A DNA stretch of 14,999 nucleotides from a bacterium (GCA_044869275.1 JBIOXB010000146.1:1-14999), one strand, 5' to 3'; positions 1 through 8,385 are shown, counted from the stretch's first letter. Made by a program: numbers and translations. The notes: generated by a model not told the origin, from the sequence alone.

Positions 1-24
1 GCTTTGTGTTTTGAGTTTTTCGTT

Positions 25-39
25 TCCGGCTTGTCCGGA
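25..39. repeat. short palindrome TCCGG-CTTGT-CCGGA after a T-rich tract; possible REP-like dispersed element
   Basis: Perfect 5-bp inverted repeat at 25-29/35-39, downstream of the DUF2752 stop. Copy number cannot be judged from this window. Confidence 0.3.
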
Positions 40-83
40 TTTTGCCATGATCTGACTTGTTTTAAACCCCTCGTTTCAATCTG

Positions 84-488
84 TCATTTCAGGAGAAGAT
101 AAATCCAGTTTGCAGCCACCGCGCCGGCCATCCACCATCGCGCTCTGGTCAAGGCGGCCTCCAGGCCGCGGCTGCCCAGCGGCTTGTTGATCAGGGCAAG
201 CAATATCATCAGGACGCTTGCCGCGAGGAGGGCGGCATAAATCAGAACGATGACTGGATTCCATTGCAGCGCGGCGAGCCAGTCTCCCTGGGCGAATGCC
301 AGCGTCGCGCGCGTGGCCCCGCAGGTTGGGCAGGGCAGCCCGGTGAGTTGATGAAAGAGGCATGCCGGCATCAGAACCAACCAGCGTCCGAGAATTCTCG
401 CTCCCCAGATTGCCATCCACGCCAGCGCGAGAAGAGAGGCACCGAGAGCCAATTGCTGCCCGCGCCATGTCGCCCAAGGAGAATGCAT
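84..488 (-). CDS. DUF2752 family membrane protein
   Basis: Family motif CLFHQLTGLPCPTCGATRA...GDW..AL.WNP and three hydrophobic segments. ATG lies 3 nt after the stop of the upstream YIP1 gene. Confidence 0.88.
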   Translation of the reverse strand: MHSPWATWRGQQLALGASLLALAWMAIWGARILGRWLVLMPACLFHQLTGLPCPTCGATRATLAFAQGDWLAALQWNPVIVLIYAALLAASVLMILLALINKPLGSRGLEAALTRARWWMAGAVAANWIYLLLK

Positions 489-491
489 ACT

Positions 492-1343
492 TCAAATCTG
501 TCCGCCGAATTGCGAAAACCAGGCGGCGAAACGGTAAATGAGGAACAGCGCCGAGCCGCAGCAGAGCACAAAAGGCAGGATCACAGCGAGCACGACGCGG
601 CCGGTGGTGGTTTCATGCAATTCGCGCGCGCCGATGATGATCAGCACCATCTGCCAAAAAAACGAAACGACATCGCCGCACCAGGGGATGATGGCGAACA
701 ACTGCGGGCCTGCGCTGTACCCAACAGCGCGAAAGGTGGCGTCCCAGCCATGGCGGTTGCCGCCAACGATGATGAGCATGAGGTGAAGAATGGCAGCACG
801 AATAAAGACGGAGACCAGCACCCACAGCGGTGAACTGATCACAAAAAAGCGCAGCATGTCGCGATTCCATCCCGCGCCGAAAAAGCGCTCGAATCCTTCC
901 ATCTCCGGCATTCCTGAGAAGGGGGCAAACGCGTCCCAAAATTGATATTGCCAGAAGGAAGAAATCAGCGAGGCCACCATGCCGATCAAAAATGCATACC
1001 ACAAAGCTGCGCCGAGATTTCCGCTTTTGGGCGAAGCGCGAAAGAATTGCGTGGCTCTGAAGGTGGCATCGCTCCACGTCTGGCTGAAAGCGCGCAAATA
1101 TCCGAGCCGCTCACGATCTTCCCACGCCACGTTTGCTTGGGGCGCGCCCGCGGGTGCGGCGGCCGGGCTTGCGGAAACGGGCGAAAAACTTTTGGGTGGA
1201 GTTGCCTCCTCGGGAGAATCCGCTGCTACACCGGAGGTTTTCGGGGTGGTGGCGGCGTCCAATAATACTGCGCCGCAAAATGGGCAAAACCTGCCTTGAT
1301 TGATCTCGGGAATTTCACGCTGACATTGCTGACAAATGCTCAT
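492..1343 (-). CDS. N-terminal zinc-ribbon + YIP1-family multi-pass membrane protein
   Basis: N-terminal CQQC...FCPFCG, a Pro/Ala linker, then a WED...F..TW...P/T.FF pattern and about 5 TM helices including TFRAVGYS. Start placed at ATG 1343 because of an upstream GAGGGAG SD; the ORF track starts at 1373. Confidence 0.85.
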   Translation of the reverse strand: MSICQQCQREIPEINQGRFCPFCGAVLLDAATTPKTSGVAADSPEEATPPKSFSPVSASPAAAPAGAPQANVAWEDRERLGYLRAFSQTWSDATFRATQFFRASPKSGNLGAALWYAFLIGMVASLISSFWQYQFWDAFAPFSGMPEMEGFERFFGAGWNRDMLRFFVISSPLWVLVSVFIRAAILHLMLIIVGGNRHGWDATFRAVGYSAGPQLFAIIPWCGDVVSFFWQMVLIIIGARELHETTTGRVVLAVILPFVLCCGSALFLIYRFAAWFSQFGGQI

Positions 1344-1737
1344 AGATTCTCCCTCTCGTGGCATGCCGCGCAAGCGGAAATGCCCTCAGCTTCTTGACCA
1401 GCGCTGAGGTTTTTGCAGGAATATTGTGCCGCAATGGAGCTGCGTAAAATGAATGAAAGCGGAAGGAGATTGAGAAGGCAAGCGGAAATTTGGTAATCGC
1501 GATGCCACGATCGGCGAGGAAGGCATCTCAACGCTTTCACGCCAGCAGCCTGCGTTTGCATGCTGGTAGATTCGACCCCGACACCGCGGGAACGGATCAT
1601 CACGAAATGGCAAGGACAGCCCCGTTGGACAGATTACAAGTTCATCGCGACGAAACCTTTCCCGCCATGATGAAGCGCTGGTCGCACTGGAGCAGGCTTG
1701 AAACGTGGTGAATTCGACCAGTGGCCATGTCCCCACT

Positions 1738-2112
1738 TCACGCCATCGCCATCATCGTCTCGGGCGCAGTCAATTCTCGCACTTTGGATTTCAGCTCGCT
1801 GAGATCGGAAGATTTTACCAGATAAGCATCTGCCGACCAACTGGTGAAGTCGCTCATGAAGCTCGAGTAGGCGGAATTCAAAATCACGCGGAGCTGGCGA
1901 TCCTCGGTCATGATGTCGCGCAATACTTCCAAACCGCTCTCGCCCTCGAGCTTGACGTCCACGATGGCAAGATCGAACTTGCGCAAGCGCACTTGCTCGC
2001 GCGCGCTCTGTCCGTCGGGCACGGCCACGACCTCATAACCTTCAGAATTGAACTCCTGGCTGTACAACAGCCGCAAATTCCATTCATCCTCAACGATTAA
2101 AATCGACTTCAT
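1738..2112 (-). CDS. single-domain response regulator (receiver only), 124 aa
   Basis: ILIVEDE acidic pocket, phosphoacceptor DLAIVDVK, ILNSAY and YLVK motifs. AAGGAG SD precedes ATG 2112. No output domain. Confidence 0.92.
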   Translation of the reverse strand: MKSILIVEDEWNLRLLYSQEFNSEGYEVVAVPDGQSAREQVRLRKFDLAIVDVKLEGESGLEVLRDIMTEDRQLRVILNSAYSSFMSDFTSWSADAYLVKSSDLSELKSKVRELTAPETMMAMA

Positions 2113-2195
2113 CCTGTTGCTCCTTTCGCCGGCCTGTTCCTGAGGGGACGGGGCAAGCTGTGGGGTTCGTCCTCCCTCCTCCGAAATTGGAACGC

Positions 2196-2223
2196 AAGAT
2201 AACAATTTTTTTTCTAAAAGCAA
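2196..2223 (-). promoter_or_regulatory. putative sigma70-type promoter for the receiver gene
   Basis: Minus strand TTGCTT-N16-TATCTT with an extended -10 TG and an A-rich spacer, directly after the operon terminator. Confidence 0.5.
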
Positions 2224-2228
2224 GCGAC

Positions 2229-2264
2229 AAAAATGCGGCCTCGCCCTCCGGAAACGAGGCGGCA
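2229..2264 (-). terminator. intrinsic terminator of the ffh-rpsP-khpA-rimM-trmD-rplS operon
   Basis: Minus strand TGCcGCCTCG...CGAGGCcGCA stem followed by TTTTT, about 100 nt after the rplS stop. Confidence 0.6.
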
Positions 2265-2366
2265 CGAAGCTTGCCACTTTCTACGATTGCAAGGATCTGC
2301 TGACATTGGGCGGCGGCTGAGGTGATGCCATTCCGAAACGCCGGGACAGAATCACGGCACAAAGCC

Positions 2367-2708
2367 TCACCGCTTTTCTTCGATGCGGGCGGCCTTGCCC
2401 TTTAAATCGCGCAAATAGAAGAGGCGCGCGCGCCGCACCCGCCCGCGGCGCACGTGATCGATCTTGTCGATCATGGGCGAATGCAATGGGAAAATGCGTT
2501 CCACGCCGACGCCATCTGAAACTTTCCGCACCGTGAAGGTTTCGTTGATGCCCGCGCCGCGGCGTTGGATGACGACGCCTTCGAATGTTTGAATGCGTTC
2601 TTTATCGCCTTCCACGACTTTTTGATGCACCGCGACGGTGTCGCCGGGCGCGAAATCGGGATAGTCGCTGCGTAGCTGGGAGACGGAGATGGCATTGAGC
2701 TTGTTCAT
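2367..2708 (-). CDS. rplS: 50S ribosomal protein L19
   Basis: [29 protein letters not shown]...[23 protein letters not shown]...[16 protein letters not shown] overlap with trmD. Confidence 0.99.
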   Translation of the reverse strand: MNKLNAISVSQLRSDYPDFAPGDTVAVHQKVVEGDKERIQTFEGVVIQRRGAGINETFTVRKVSDGVGVERIFPLHSPMIDKIDHVRRGRVRRARLFYLRDLKGKAARIEEKR

Positions 2709-3424
2709 GGTCTATCCTCCTTGAAAGAATCAGATGTCGTTCGGTTTTCCAATAAGTCGGAGCGGCGCTCGCGGGTGCGCGCCGCGGCTGCGGCTTTGCG
2801 CCACGCTGCAATTTGCGCGTGATGGCCCGAGATCAGAACCTCCGGCACGCGATAGTCGCGAAAAACTTCCGGCCGCGTGTAATGCGGATAATCCAGGCCG
2901 CCGGCTTGAAATGAATCGCCCGAAGCGGAGTCGAGATTGCCGAGCACGCCGGGCAGCAGGCGAATGACCGCGTCCATCACCACCATCGCCGGCAACTCCC
3001 CCCCGGTCAGCACGTAATCGCCGATCGAAAGCTCCTCGCTGGCGAGGTGCTCGCGCACGCGTTCATCCACGCCTTTGTAATGGCCGCAAATGAAGATGGC
3101 GGCAGATTCTCGCGCCAGCGCGTTGGCTTTGCGCTGCGTGAAAGTTTCGCCCTGCGGCGAAGTGAGAATCACCCGCGCACCGGCGAGTTGAAATTCTTTT
3201 TGAATATGTTCGACGCATTTGAAAACGGGTTCGGGCTTGAGAATCATACCCGGCCCGCCGCCGAAAGGATAATCATCGATGTTGCGATGCTTGTCCGCAG
3301 TGTAATCGCGCAAATCGTGCACGAAAATTTCCACGAGTGCACGTTCGCGCGCGCGTTTGATGATGCTTTCGCTGAGCGGTCCGTCGAACAGTTTGGGAAA
3401 ACCTGTGACCACGTGAAACTGCAT
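2705..3424 (-). CDS. trmD: tRNA (guanosine(37)-N1)-methyltransferase
   Basis: [48 protein letters not shown] motifs and canonical synteny. Confidence 0.99.
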   Translation of the reverse strand: MQFHVVTGFPKLFDGPLSESIIKRARERALVEIFVHDLRDYTADKHRNIDDYPFGGGPGMILKPEPVFKCVEHIQKEFQLAGARVILTSPQGETFTQRKANALARESAAIFICGHYKGVDERVREHLASEELSIGDYVLTGGELPAMVVMDAVIRLLPGVLGNLDSASGDSFQAGGLDYPHYTRPEVFRDYRVPEVLISGHHAQIAAWRKAAAAARTRERRSDLLENRTTSDSFKEDRP

Positions 3425-3445
3425 GGTCGCTTCTTATTTATCGGA

Positions 3446-4009
3446 TCATGAATTGTTTTTCACCGGAAAATCATCCAACAACCCGGGCAGGGGGGTGATG
3501 ACGACGTATTGCCGCGCCAGATTCACTTCCTGGATGATCGACGAAATCGCGGGAAGCAGCAATTCATTCCCGGCTTCGTCGTGCACGACCCACAAATCGT
3601 TCCCCGGATGCGCAATCACCTCCACGATCTTTCCCAGCGTCAGGCCGGCATTGGTGTGCACGGGCAAACCGATCAAATCAAAATGATAAAACTGATTCTC
3701 CGCCGTGGGCAAGCATTGCGTGCGCGTAATTTTGATTTCTGCCCCCCGGAAGCGCTGCACTTCATCGCAAGAATCGCATTCTGCAAACTTCAGCAGCACC
3801 AGATGCGGGCTGGGCACTTCCACGCGTTGCAGGCGAAACGTGCCGAGCGCTTCGCCGCGCAAAAAAAGGGCAACGCGATCGAGCTGATGAAAGCGCTGCG
3901 GGTCGTCCGTCGTCGGCTCTACTTTGACTGTGCCGCGCAGACCGTGGGGTTTAAGAATAACGCCGATGGTGACTTCCGGCTTGGGGATGTCGTCTGGTTC
4001 CACGCGCAC
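3446..4009 (-). CDS. rimM: 16S rRNA processing protein RimM
   Basis: IG.ILKPHGLRG motif, FYHFDLIGL.V and a PRC-barrel with GNDLWVV...LLLPAI. Lies between khpA and trmD. The GTG start is approximate. Confidence 0.96.
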   Translation of the reverse strand: MRVEPDDIPKPEVTIGVILKPHGLRGTVKVEPTTDDPQRFHQLDRVALFLRGEALGTFRLQRVEVPSPHLVLLKFAECDSCDEVQRFRGAEIKITRTQCLPTAENQFYHFDLIGLPVHTNAGLTLGKIVEVIAHPGNDLWVVHDEAGNELLLPAISSIIQEVNLARQYVVITPLPGLLDDFPVKNNS

Positions 4010-4030
4010 CGATCCGAAGGTTGAATGGCG

Positions 4031-4261
4031 CTATTCCAGAATCTCCAGAACCGCTCTCTTGCCCAATTTCGCCGAGGCCGCAGCCAGCAAGATGCGCAGC
4101 GATTTTGCCGTTTGTCCGTGCTTGCCGATGATCTTCCCCATGTCCCCCTTGCCCACGCGCAACTCGAAGACGATGGTGCGCTCACCGTCGAGCTCGTGCA
4201 CGACTACCTCGTCCGGCTTATCGACGATGTGCTGGACAATGAATTCGATGAATTGCTTCAC
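4031..4261 (-). CDS. khpA: KH-domain RNA-binding protein KhpA (YlqC/UPF0109)
   Basis: IVDKPDEV...DMGKIIGKHGQTAKSLR.LL with the KH GxxG loop. Strong AAGGAGGT SD and GTG start. Confidence 0.96.
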   Translation of the reverse strand: MKQFIEFIVQHIVDKPDEVVVHELDGERTIVFELRVGKGDMGKIIGKHGQTAKSLRILLAAASAKLGKRAVLEILE

Positions 4262-4625
4262 GCTTCAACCTCCTTTCGCGAGAGCCCGTTCTCGCCAAGG
4301 CCCTCGCCTTGAACCCGTATCCGGAGGCGGGGAATACCCCGGCCCAGAATCCGATGACCGGCTGAACATTCACGATGAGTTTCGACCAGGGGTTTGGTTT
4401 TCCGGCCGCCATTTCATCATTAGTCTCAGACGCCACTACCCCGTTCACCTCAACCCGCTACGGCGCACATTTTTTCACCGCGAATGCCAGAGATATGGAA
4501 GAAGATGAGGTCAAGCGTTCATTTGCACGGCGCGAGCGGTGCCATCACACCAGCAACGGGCGGTACGCCGCCCGCGGCCAGCCAGCCTGTGGTTGGATGG
4601 GCTCCGCGCAAAAGCGCTGGTGCTA

Positions 4626-5045
4626 TCAAGCCGAGGCGGCTGCAGCTTCCGCTGGGGCCGCTTTCTTTTTCTTGCGAGATCTTTTGCCTTGTTCGCGCAA
4701 AGCCTCCATGCGGCGCTGCCGCTCGCTTTGCGCCGCTTCCCATTTTTTGGTTTCTTCCTGCCTGCGCGCCTCATCATAGCCGCGCTTTTGCATATGCCAC
4801 TGCAGCAGCACGCCTTGCCGGCTCAGAATACTGCGCACGGTGTCGCTAGGCTGCGCGCCTTTGCTCAGCCAATAAAGCGCGCGCGCGGGATTGAGCAAAA
4901 CCGCCGCGGGCTCGGTGCGCGGATTGTACGTGCCGAGATTTTCCAAATACTCAGCGTCACGCGCCTTGCGCGAATCGATCGCCACGATGCGATAGGAGGG
5001 CTGTTTCTTTTTGCCCATCCGGCGAAGACGAAGACGAACTGCCAA
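4626..5045 (-). CDS. rpsP: 30S ribosomal protein S16 with charged C-terminal extension
   Basis: AVRLRLRRMGKKKQPSYRIVAIDSR..RD...LE.LGTYNP...WLSKGAQPSDTV. TTG start at 5045 with AAGGAGG 5 nt upstream. Confidence 0.98.
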   Translation of the reverse strand: MAVRLRLRRMGKKKQPSYRIVAIDSRKARDAEYLENLGTYNPRTEPAAVLLNPARALYWLSKGAQPSDTVRSILSRQGVLLQWHMQKRGYDEARRQEETKKWEAAQSERQRRMEALREQGKRSRKKKKAAPAEAAAASA

Positions 5046-5088
5046 TGCAACCTCCTTGGAAAATAAAATAGGGATGATATTGAAATTT

Positions 5089-6393
5089 TTAAAACGGCAA
5101 TCTCTTGTTGCGTCCAACCTGTTTCATCATTTTGCGCATCATCTCAAATTGCTTGATGAGCCGGTTCACTTCCTGCACGCTCGTGCCGCTGCCTTGGGCG
5201 ATGCGCAAGCGCCGGGTGCCGTTGAGAATCTGCGGCTTCTGCCGCTCTATGCGCGTCATGGACTGGATGATGGCTTCGGTGCGCACCAGCGCGCCTTCAT
5301 CGACTTCCGCATCTTTAGGCAGTTTGGCGCCCACGCCCGGCAGCATGCCCACCAACTGATTGAGCGGGCCCATCTTCTTGACTTGCTGCAATTGTTCGAG
5401 AAAATCTTCCAGCGTAAACTCGGATTTGCGCAGCTTCTCGGCCAGCTCGCGGCTTTTTTCCTGATCGACGGCCTGCTGCGCTTTTTCCACGAGTGTGACC
5501 ACGTCGCCCATGCCCAAAATGCGTGAAGCGATGCGATCGGGGTGAAATTTTTCCAGCGCGTCGAGCTTTTCGCCAGTGCCGATGAATTTGATGGGCTTGC
5601 CAATCACGGCTTTGATCGAAAGCGCCGCGCCGCCGCGCGCATCGCCGTCCATTTTGGTCAACACCACGCCGGTCAAATCCAGGCGACTTTGAAACGATTG
5701 CGCGGTGTTCACGGCATCCTGGCCGGTCATGCCATCGGCCACAAAAAGAATCTCGTGCGGCTTGAGGGTCTTCTTGATCGCGGCCAGTTCTTCCATCAAC
5801 TCCTCGTTGAGGTGCAAACGGCCGGCGGTATCGAGAATGGCGACGTCCAGCATTTTTTGCCGCGCCGCGTTGATCGCCGCTTTGCACACGTCGATCGGCG
5901 TGGAACCGGTTTTGGAAAAGAACTCGGCGCTGACTTGCTGGGATACAACCCGCAATTGCTCCACGGCCGCGGGTCTCTGTAAATCTGCTGCGACCAGGAG
6001 CGGCCGCCGGCCCTTGGCCTTGAGATGTTTCGCGAGTTTGCCGCAAAAAGTGGTCTTGCCCGTCCCTTGCAATCCCACCACCATGATGATCGTCGGCGGC
6101 AGATTGGCCTCGCGCAACGGCGTCTCATTGCCGCCGAGCAAACGCGCCAATTCGTCGTGCACGATTTTGATCATCTGCTGCGCCGGCGTAATGCTCTTGG
6201 CTACTTCCGCGCCCACGGCTTTTTTTTCAACCGCTTCAACAAATTCTTTGGTGACGTTGAGATGGACATCGGCCTCGAGCAAAACCCGCCGCACTTCCCG
6301 CAAGGTTTCAGAAATATTTTCCGGCGTGAGCTTGCCGTGTCCTTTCAGCTTGCGAAAAATTTCCTCGAAACGGCCGGAGAGTTGTTGGAACAT
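5089..6393 (-). CDS. ffh: signal recognition particle protein Ffh
   Basis: LLEADV, P-loop GLQGTGKTT, DTAGR, TKMDGDARGG, RILGMGD and a Met-rich M domain ending RIAQGSG. Confidence 0.99.
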   Translation of the reverse strand: MFQQLSGRFEEIFRKLKGHGKLTPENISETLREVRRVLLEADVHLNVTKEFVEAVEKKAVGAEVAKSITPAQQMIKIVHDELARLLGGNETPLREANLPPTIIMVVGLQGTGKTTFCGKLAKHLKAKGRRPLLVAADLQRPAAVEQLRVVSQQVSAEFFSKTGSTPIDVCKAAINAARQKMLDVAILDTAGRLHLNEELMEELAAIKKTLKPHEILFVADGMTGQDAVNTAQSFQSRLDLTGVVLTKMDGDARGGAALSIKAVIGKPIKFIGTGEKLDALEKFHPDRIASRILGMGDVVTLVEKAQQAVDQEKSRELAEKLRKSEFTLEDFLEQLQQVKKMGPLNQLVGMLPGVGAKLPKDAEVDEGALVRTEAIIQSMTRIERQKPQILNGTRRLRIAQGSGTSVQEVNRLIKQFEMMRKMMKQVGRNKRLPF

Positions 6394-6438
6394 GAAACTG
6401 ATTTTCCCAAAAATCTATTTGCGGACAATACAATGCCG

Positions 6439-6533
6439 TGTCACTCCCGTCCCGCAGTGGCGGGAGGAATCTCCTCGCACAAGCGCTGCTCTATCATGAA
6501 TAAAGAGTGATCCCTGCATTCGCAGGAATGGCA
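6439..6533. repeat. inverted pair of short palindromic REP-like elements in the ffh leader
   Basis: Plus strand TGTCACTCCCG..TCCCGC-agtg-GCGGGA-GGAATCT (6439-6472) and minus strand TGCCATTCCTGC-gaat-GCAGGGATCAC (6533-6507). Both resemble GTCATTCCCGC...GCGGGAATC-type palindromic repeats. Confidence 0.5.
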
Positions 6534-6593
6534 TATCCAGGAGAACCAGCAAGTTGCGCTGGCGATTGATGGCTCTTTCGAAAAAAGCTGGGA

Positions 6594-6622
6594 AAGTTAG
6601 AAAAACTTGGCTTTTGATGCAA
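6594..6622 (-). promoter_or_regulatory. putative sigma70-type promoter of the ffh operon
   Basis: Minus strand TTGCAT-N17-TAACTT, about 200 nt upstream of the ffh ATG. Confidence 0.5.
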
Positions 6623-6651
6623 GCGAATTTTCGGAGCTTTTCGCTTTGGCT

Positions 6652-8184
6652 TCAGGAAGCAGCTTCTGTCCAGTCCCGGCAAAGTTGCAGCAACAAGCGT
6701 ACACCCCAGCCGCTGCTGCCCTTGGGTATGAGCGCGTTTCCTTTCTGCGGCGCGGCCACCCCGGCAATGTCCAGGTGCGCCCATTTGAATCCTTTGACGA
6801 ATTCGGATAAAAACGCAGCGGCCTTGCTGGCCCCGGCTCCGGTTTTTTGCGCCGAAACGTTGCGAATGTCGGCAATGTCGCTTTCCAGATGTTTGCGAAA
6901 TTCTGGAAACAGAGGCAACTGCCAGACACGTTCGCCCGTGGCCGCAGCGGCGCGCTGAATGCGCCCGGCAAGCGATTGATCGTTGCTGAAAAGGCCCGCC
7001 GCGCTCTCGCCCAGCACGTAAAAAATTGTTCCGGTTAAAGTCGCGATATCGACAATCGCCGCAGGCTGAAAGCGCGCGGCATAAACCAGCGCGTCCGCCA
7101 GTATCAGCCGGCCTTCGGCGTCGGTGTCGGCAACTTCGATCGTCGTGCCATTCGCCGCGCGCACAACGTCGCCCGGGCGTTGCGCCGTGCCGCTGGGCAT
7201 ATTCTCCACCAGAGGCATCAATCCCACCACGTGCAGCGGAGTTTCAAGTTGCGCCAGCGCGCAGATGGCCGACAACACCACGGCAGCGCCCGACATGTCG
7301 GTTTTCATTTCTTCCATCGACTCGGCCGGCTTGAGCGAGAGGCCGCCGCTGTCGAACGTCACGCCTTTGCCCACCAAGACCAGCGTCTCGGCGCCGGCCC
7401 GCGGCTGGTTTTCCACAACCACGAATCGCGGAGCTTGCGCGCTGCCCTGAGCCACGCCCAGCAACGCCCCCATGCCCAGCGCGAGCATTTCTTTCTCATC
7501 CAGAACCCGGCAGAAAAGATGGGTTGATTTTGCTTTCTCTTGCGCAAGGGTCGCGAAAATCTCCGGGGTGAGATCGTTGGGCGGCAGGTTTTGCAGATCA
7601 CGTGCAAAGCAGGTCCATTCGCCCGCAATGGCGCCCACGCGCGCGCCAGTTTCGAATTTGGCTGCAGCTTCCGCCTGATCACAGAGCAGCGTCAGCGCAG
7701 ACAGGCGCGTGTCTTTTGGTTCTGGTTGAGATTTGTATCGATTGAATTGATAATCGGCCAGCACCGCGGCCTCGACGATCAGTTGCGCCGCTGCGCGCTC
7801 GCCGCCGGGCTGGCTCAAAGACCGGCCCAAAGGTACGCACAATTCCGTCACACCCACTTTGCGCGCGGCGGACACGGCCGAAGCGATGACGTGCTGCAAG
7901 TGCGGCCCGTCTCCGAGATGTTGCTTTTCCTCTTCTGGAAGATACATGCCAGCAAGCAACAGCCTTTGTGCGGGCAGATGAGGCGGGTAAAGCCAGGCGG
8001 TTTCACCGAATTTTCCCGTGAAATCGCCGCGGCGAATGAATGTAGAAACCACCTCGAAAGAGCGCGACGCAGGTGGCACATTCACGATGATGGCTTCACG
8101 CGAGGAAGGGCGCGAGGAGCACAGCACCAACAAAGCGGGTGTAGCTTCGGCTTCGACGGGGCCGAATTTGACAAGCGTTTTCAT
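6652..8184 (-). CDS. pepA: cytosol (leucyl) aminopeptidase, peptidase family M17
   Basis: VGKGVTFDSGGLSLK, MKTDMSGAA, ENMPSG, DTDAEGRLILAD, DIATLTG and WAHLDIAG motifs. AGGAGG SD upstream. Confidence 0.97.
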   Translation of the reverse strand: MKTLVKFGPVEAEATPALLVLCSSRPSSREAIIVNVPPASRSFEVVSTFIRRGDFTGKFGETAWLYPPHLPAQRLLLAGMYLPEEEKQHLGDGPHLQHVIASAVSAARKVGVTELCVPLGRSLSQPGGERAAAQLIVEAAVLADYQFNRYKSQPEPKDTRLSALTLLCDQAEAAAKFETGARVGAIAGEWTCFARDLQNLPPNDLTPEIFATLAQEKAKSTHLFCRVLDEKEMLALGMGALLGVAQGSAQAPRFVVVENQPRAGAETLVLVGKGVTFDSGGLSLKPAESMEEMKTDMSGAAVVLSAICALAQLETPLHVVGLMPLVENMPSGTAQRPGDVVRAANGTTIEVADTDAEGRLILADALVYAARFQPAAIVDIATLTGTIFYVLGESAAGLFSNDQSLAGRIQRAAAATGERVWQLPLFPEFRKHLESDIADIRNVSAQKTGAGASKAAAFLSEFVKGFKWAHLDIAGVAAPQKGNALIPKGSSGWGVRLLLQLCRDWTEAAS

Positions 8185-8291
8185 TTGTTCTCCTCCTGTT
8201 GTTGCACCATGGGTAGAATGTGCAGTTGTAGTTGCAAAGTTGCTCGAGAATTAGAAAGAGCACAGGCACGTCGTTTCGCGCCGAGGCAAAC

Positions 8292-8321
8292 ATATTACGC
8301 CGGAATTAACTAAACTTGCAA
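8292..8321 (-). promoter_or_regulatory. putative promoter for pepA
   Basis: Minus strand TTGCAA-N18-TAATAT in the AT-rich divergent intergenic region. Confidence 0.35.
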
Positions 8322-8385
8322 GTCTCACTCAACAGTTTTTTTCGTGAGCGTTCGTCTGCTGGAAAGTTCACCAGTAAAAAACTAG

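Noticed and set aside
1386..1736. Short ORFs in the receiver-YIP1 spacer (1386-1736 minus, 1340-1603 minus, 1490-1711 plus)
   Set aside because: No recognisable domain, atypical Arg/Ser/Cys-rich composition and non-ATG or unsupported starts.
2113..2277. N-terminal extension of the receiver ORF; likewise 5046-5117 for rpsP and 1344-1373 for YIP1
   Set aside because: Better starts with clear SD sequences exist downstream, and the extensions overlap a terminator/promoter or the ffh 3' end, or lack an SD.
4372..4430. Hammerhead-like words (UGAUGA ... GAAAC) on the minus strand
   Set aside because: The core lacks the C of CUGAnGA, six extra nucleotides separate it from the stem, and GAUGA pairs better with downstream UCAUC. 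No stems I/III were found.
4218..4508. Small ORFs spanning the rpsP-khpA spacer
   Set aside because: They overlap neighbouring genes or lack motifs. A small peptide cannot be excluded without ribosome profiling.
6394..6651. Possible SRP RNA (ffs) next to ffh
   Set aside because: The conserved domain IV motif (CAGG..CCGGAAGG.AGCAGC) was not found here or in the other spacers.
8197..8243. GTTGYA-like short direct repeats upstream of pepA as second operator sites
   Set aside because: Short, irregularly spaced, and without the dyad seen at 8412-8437.
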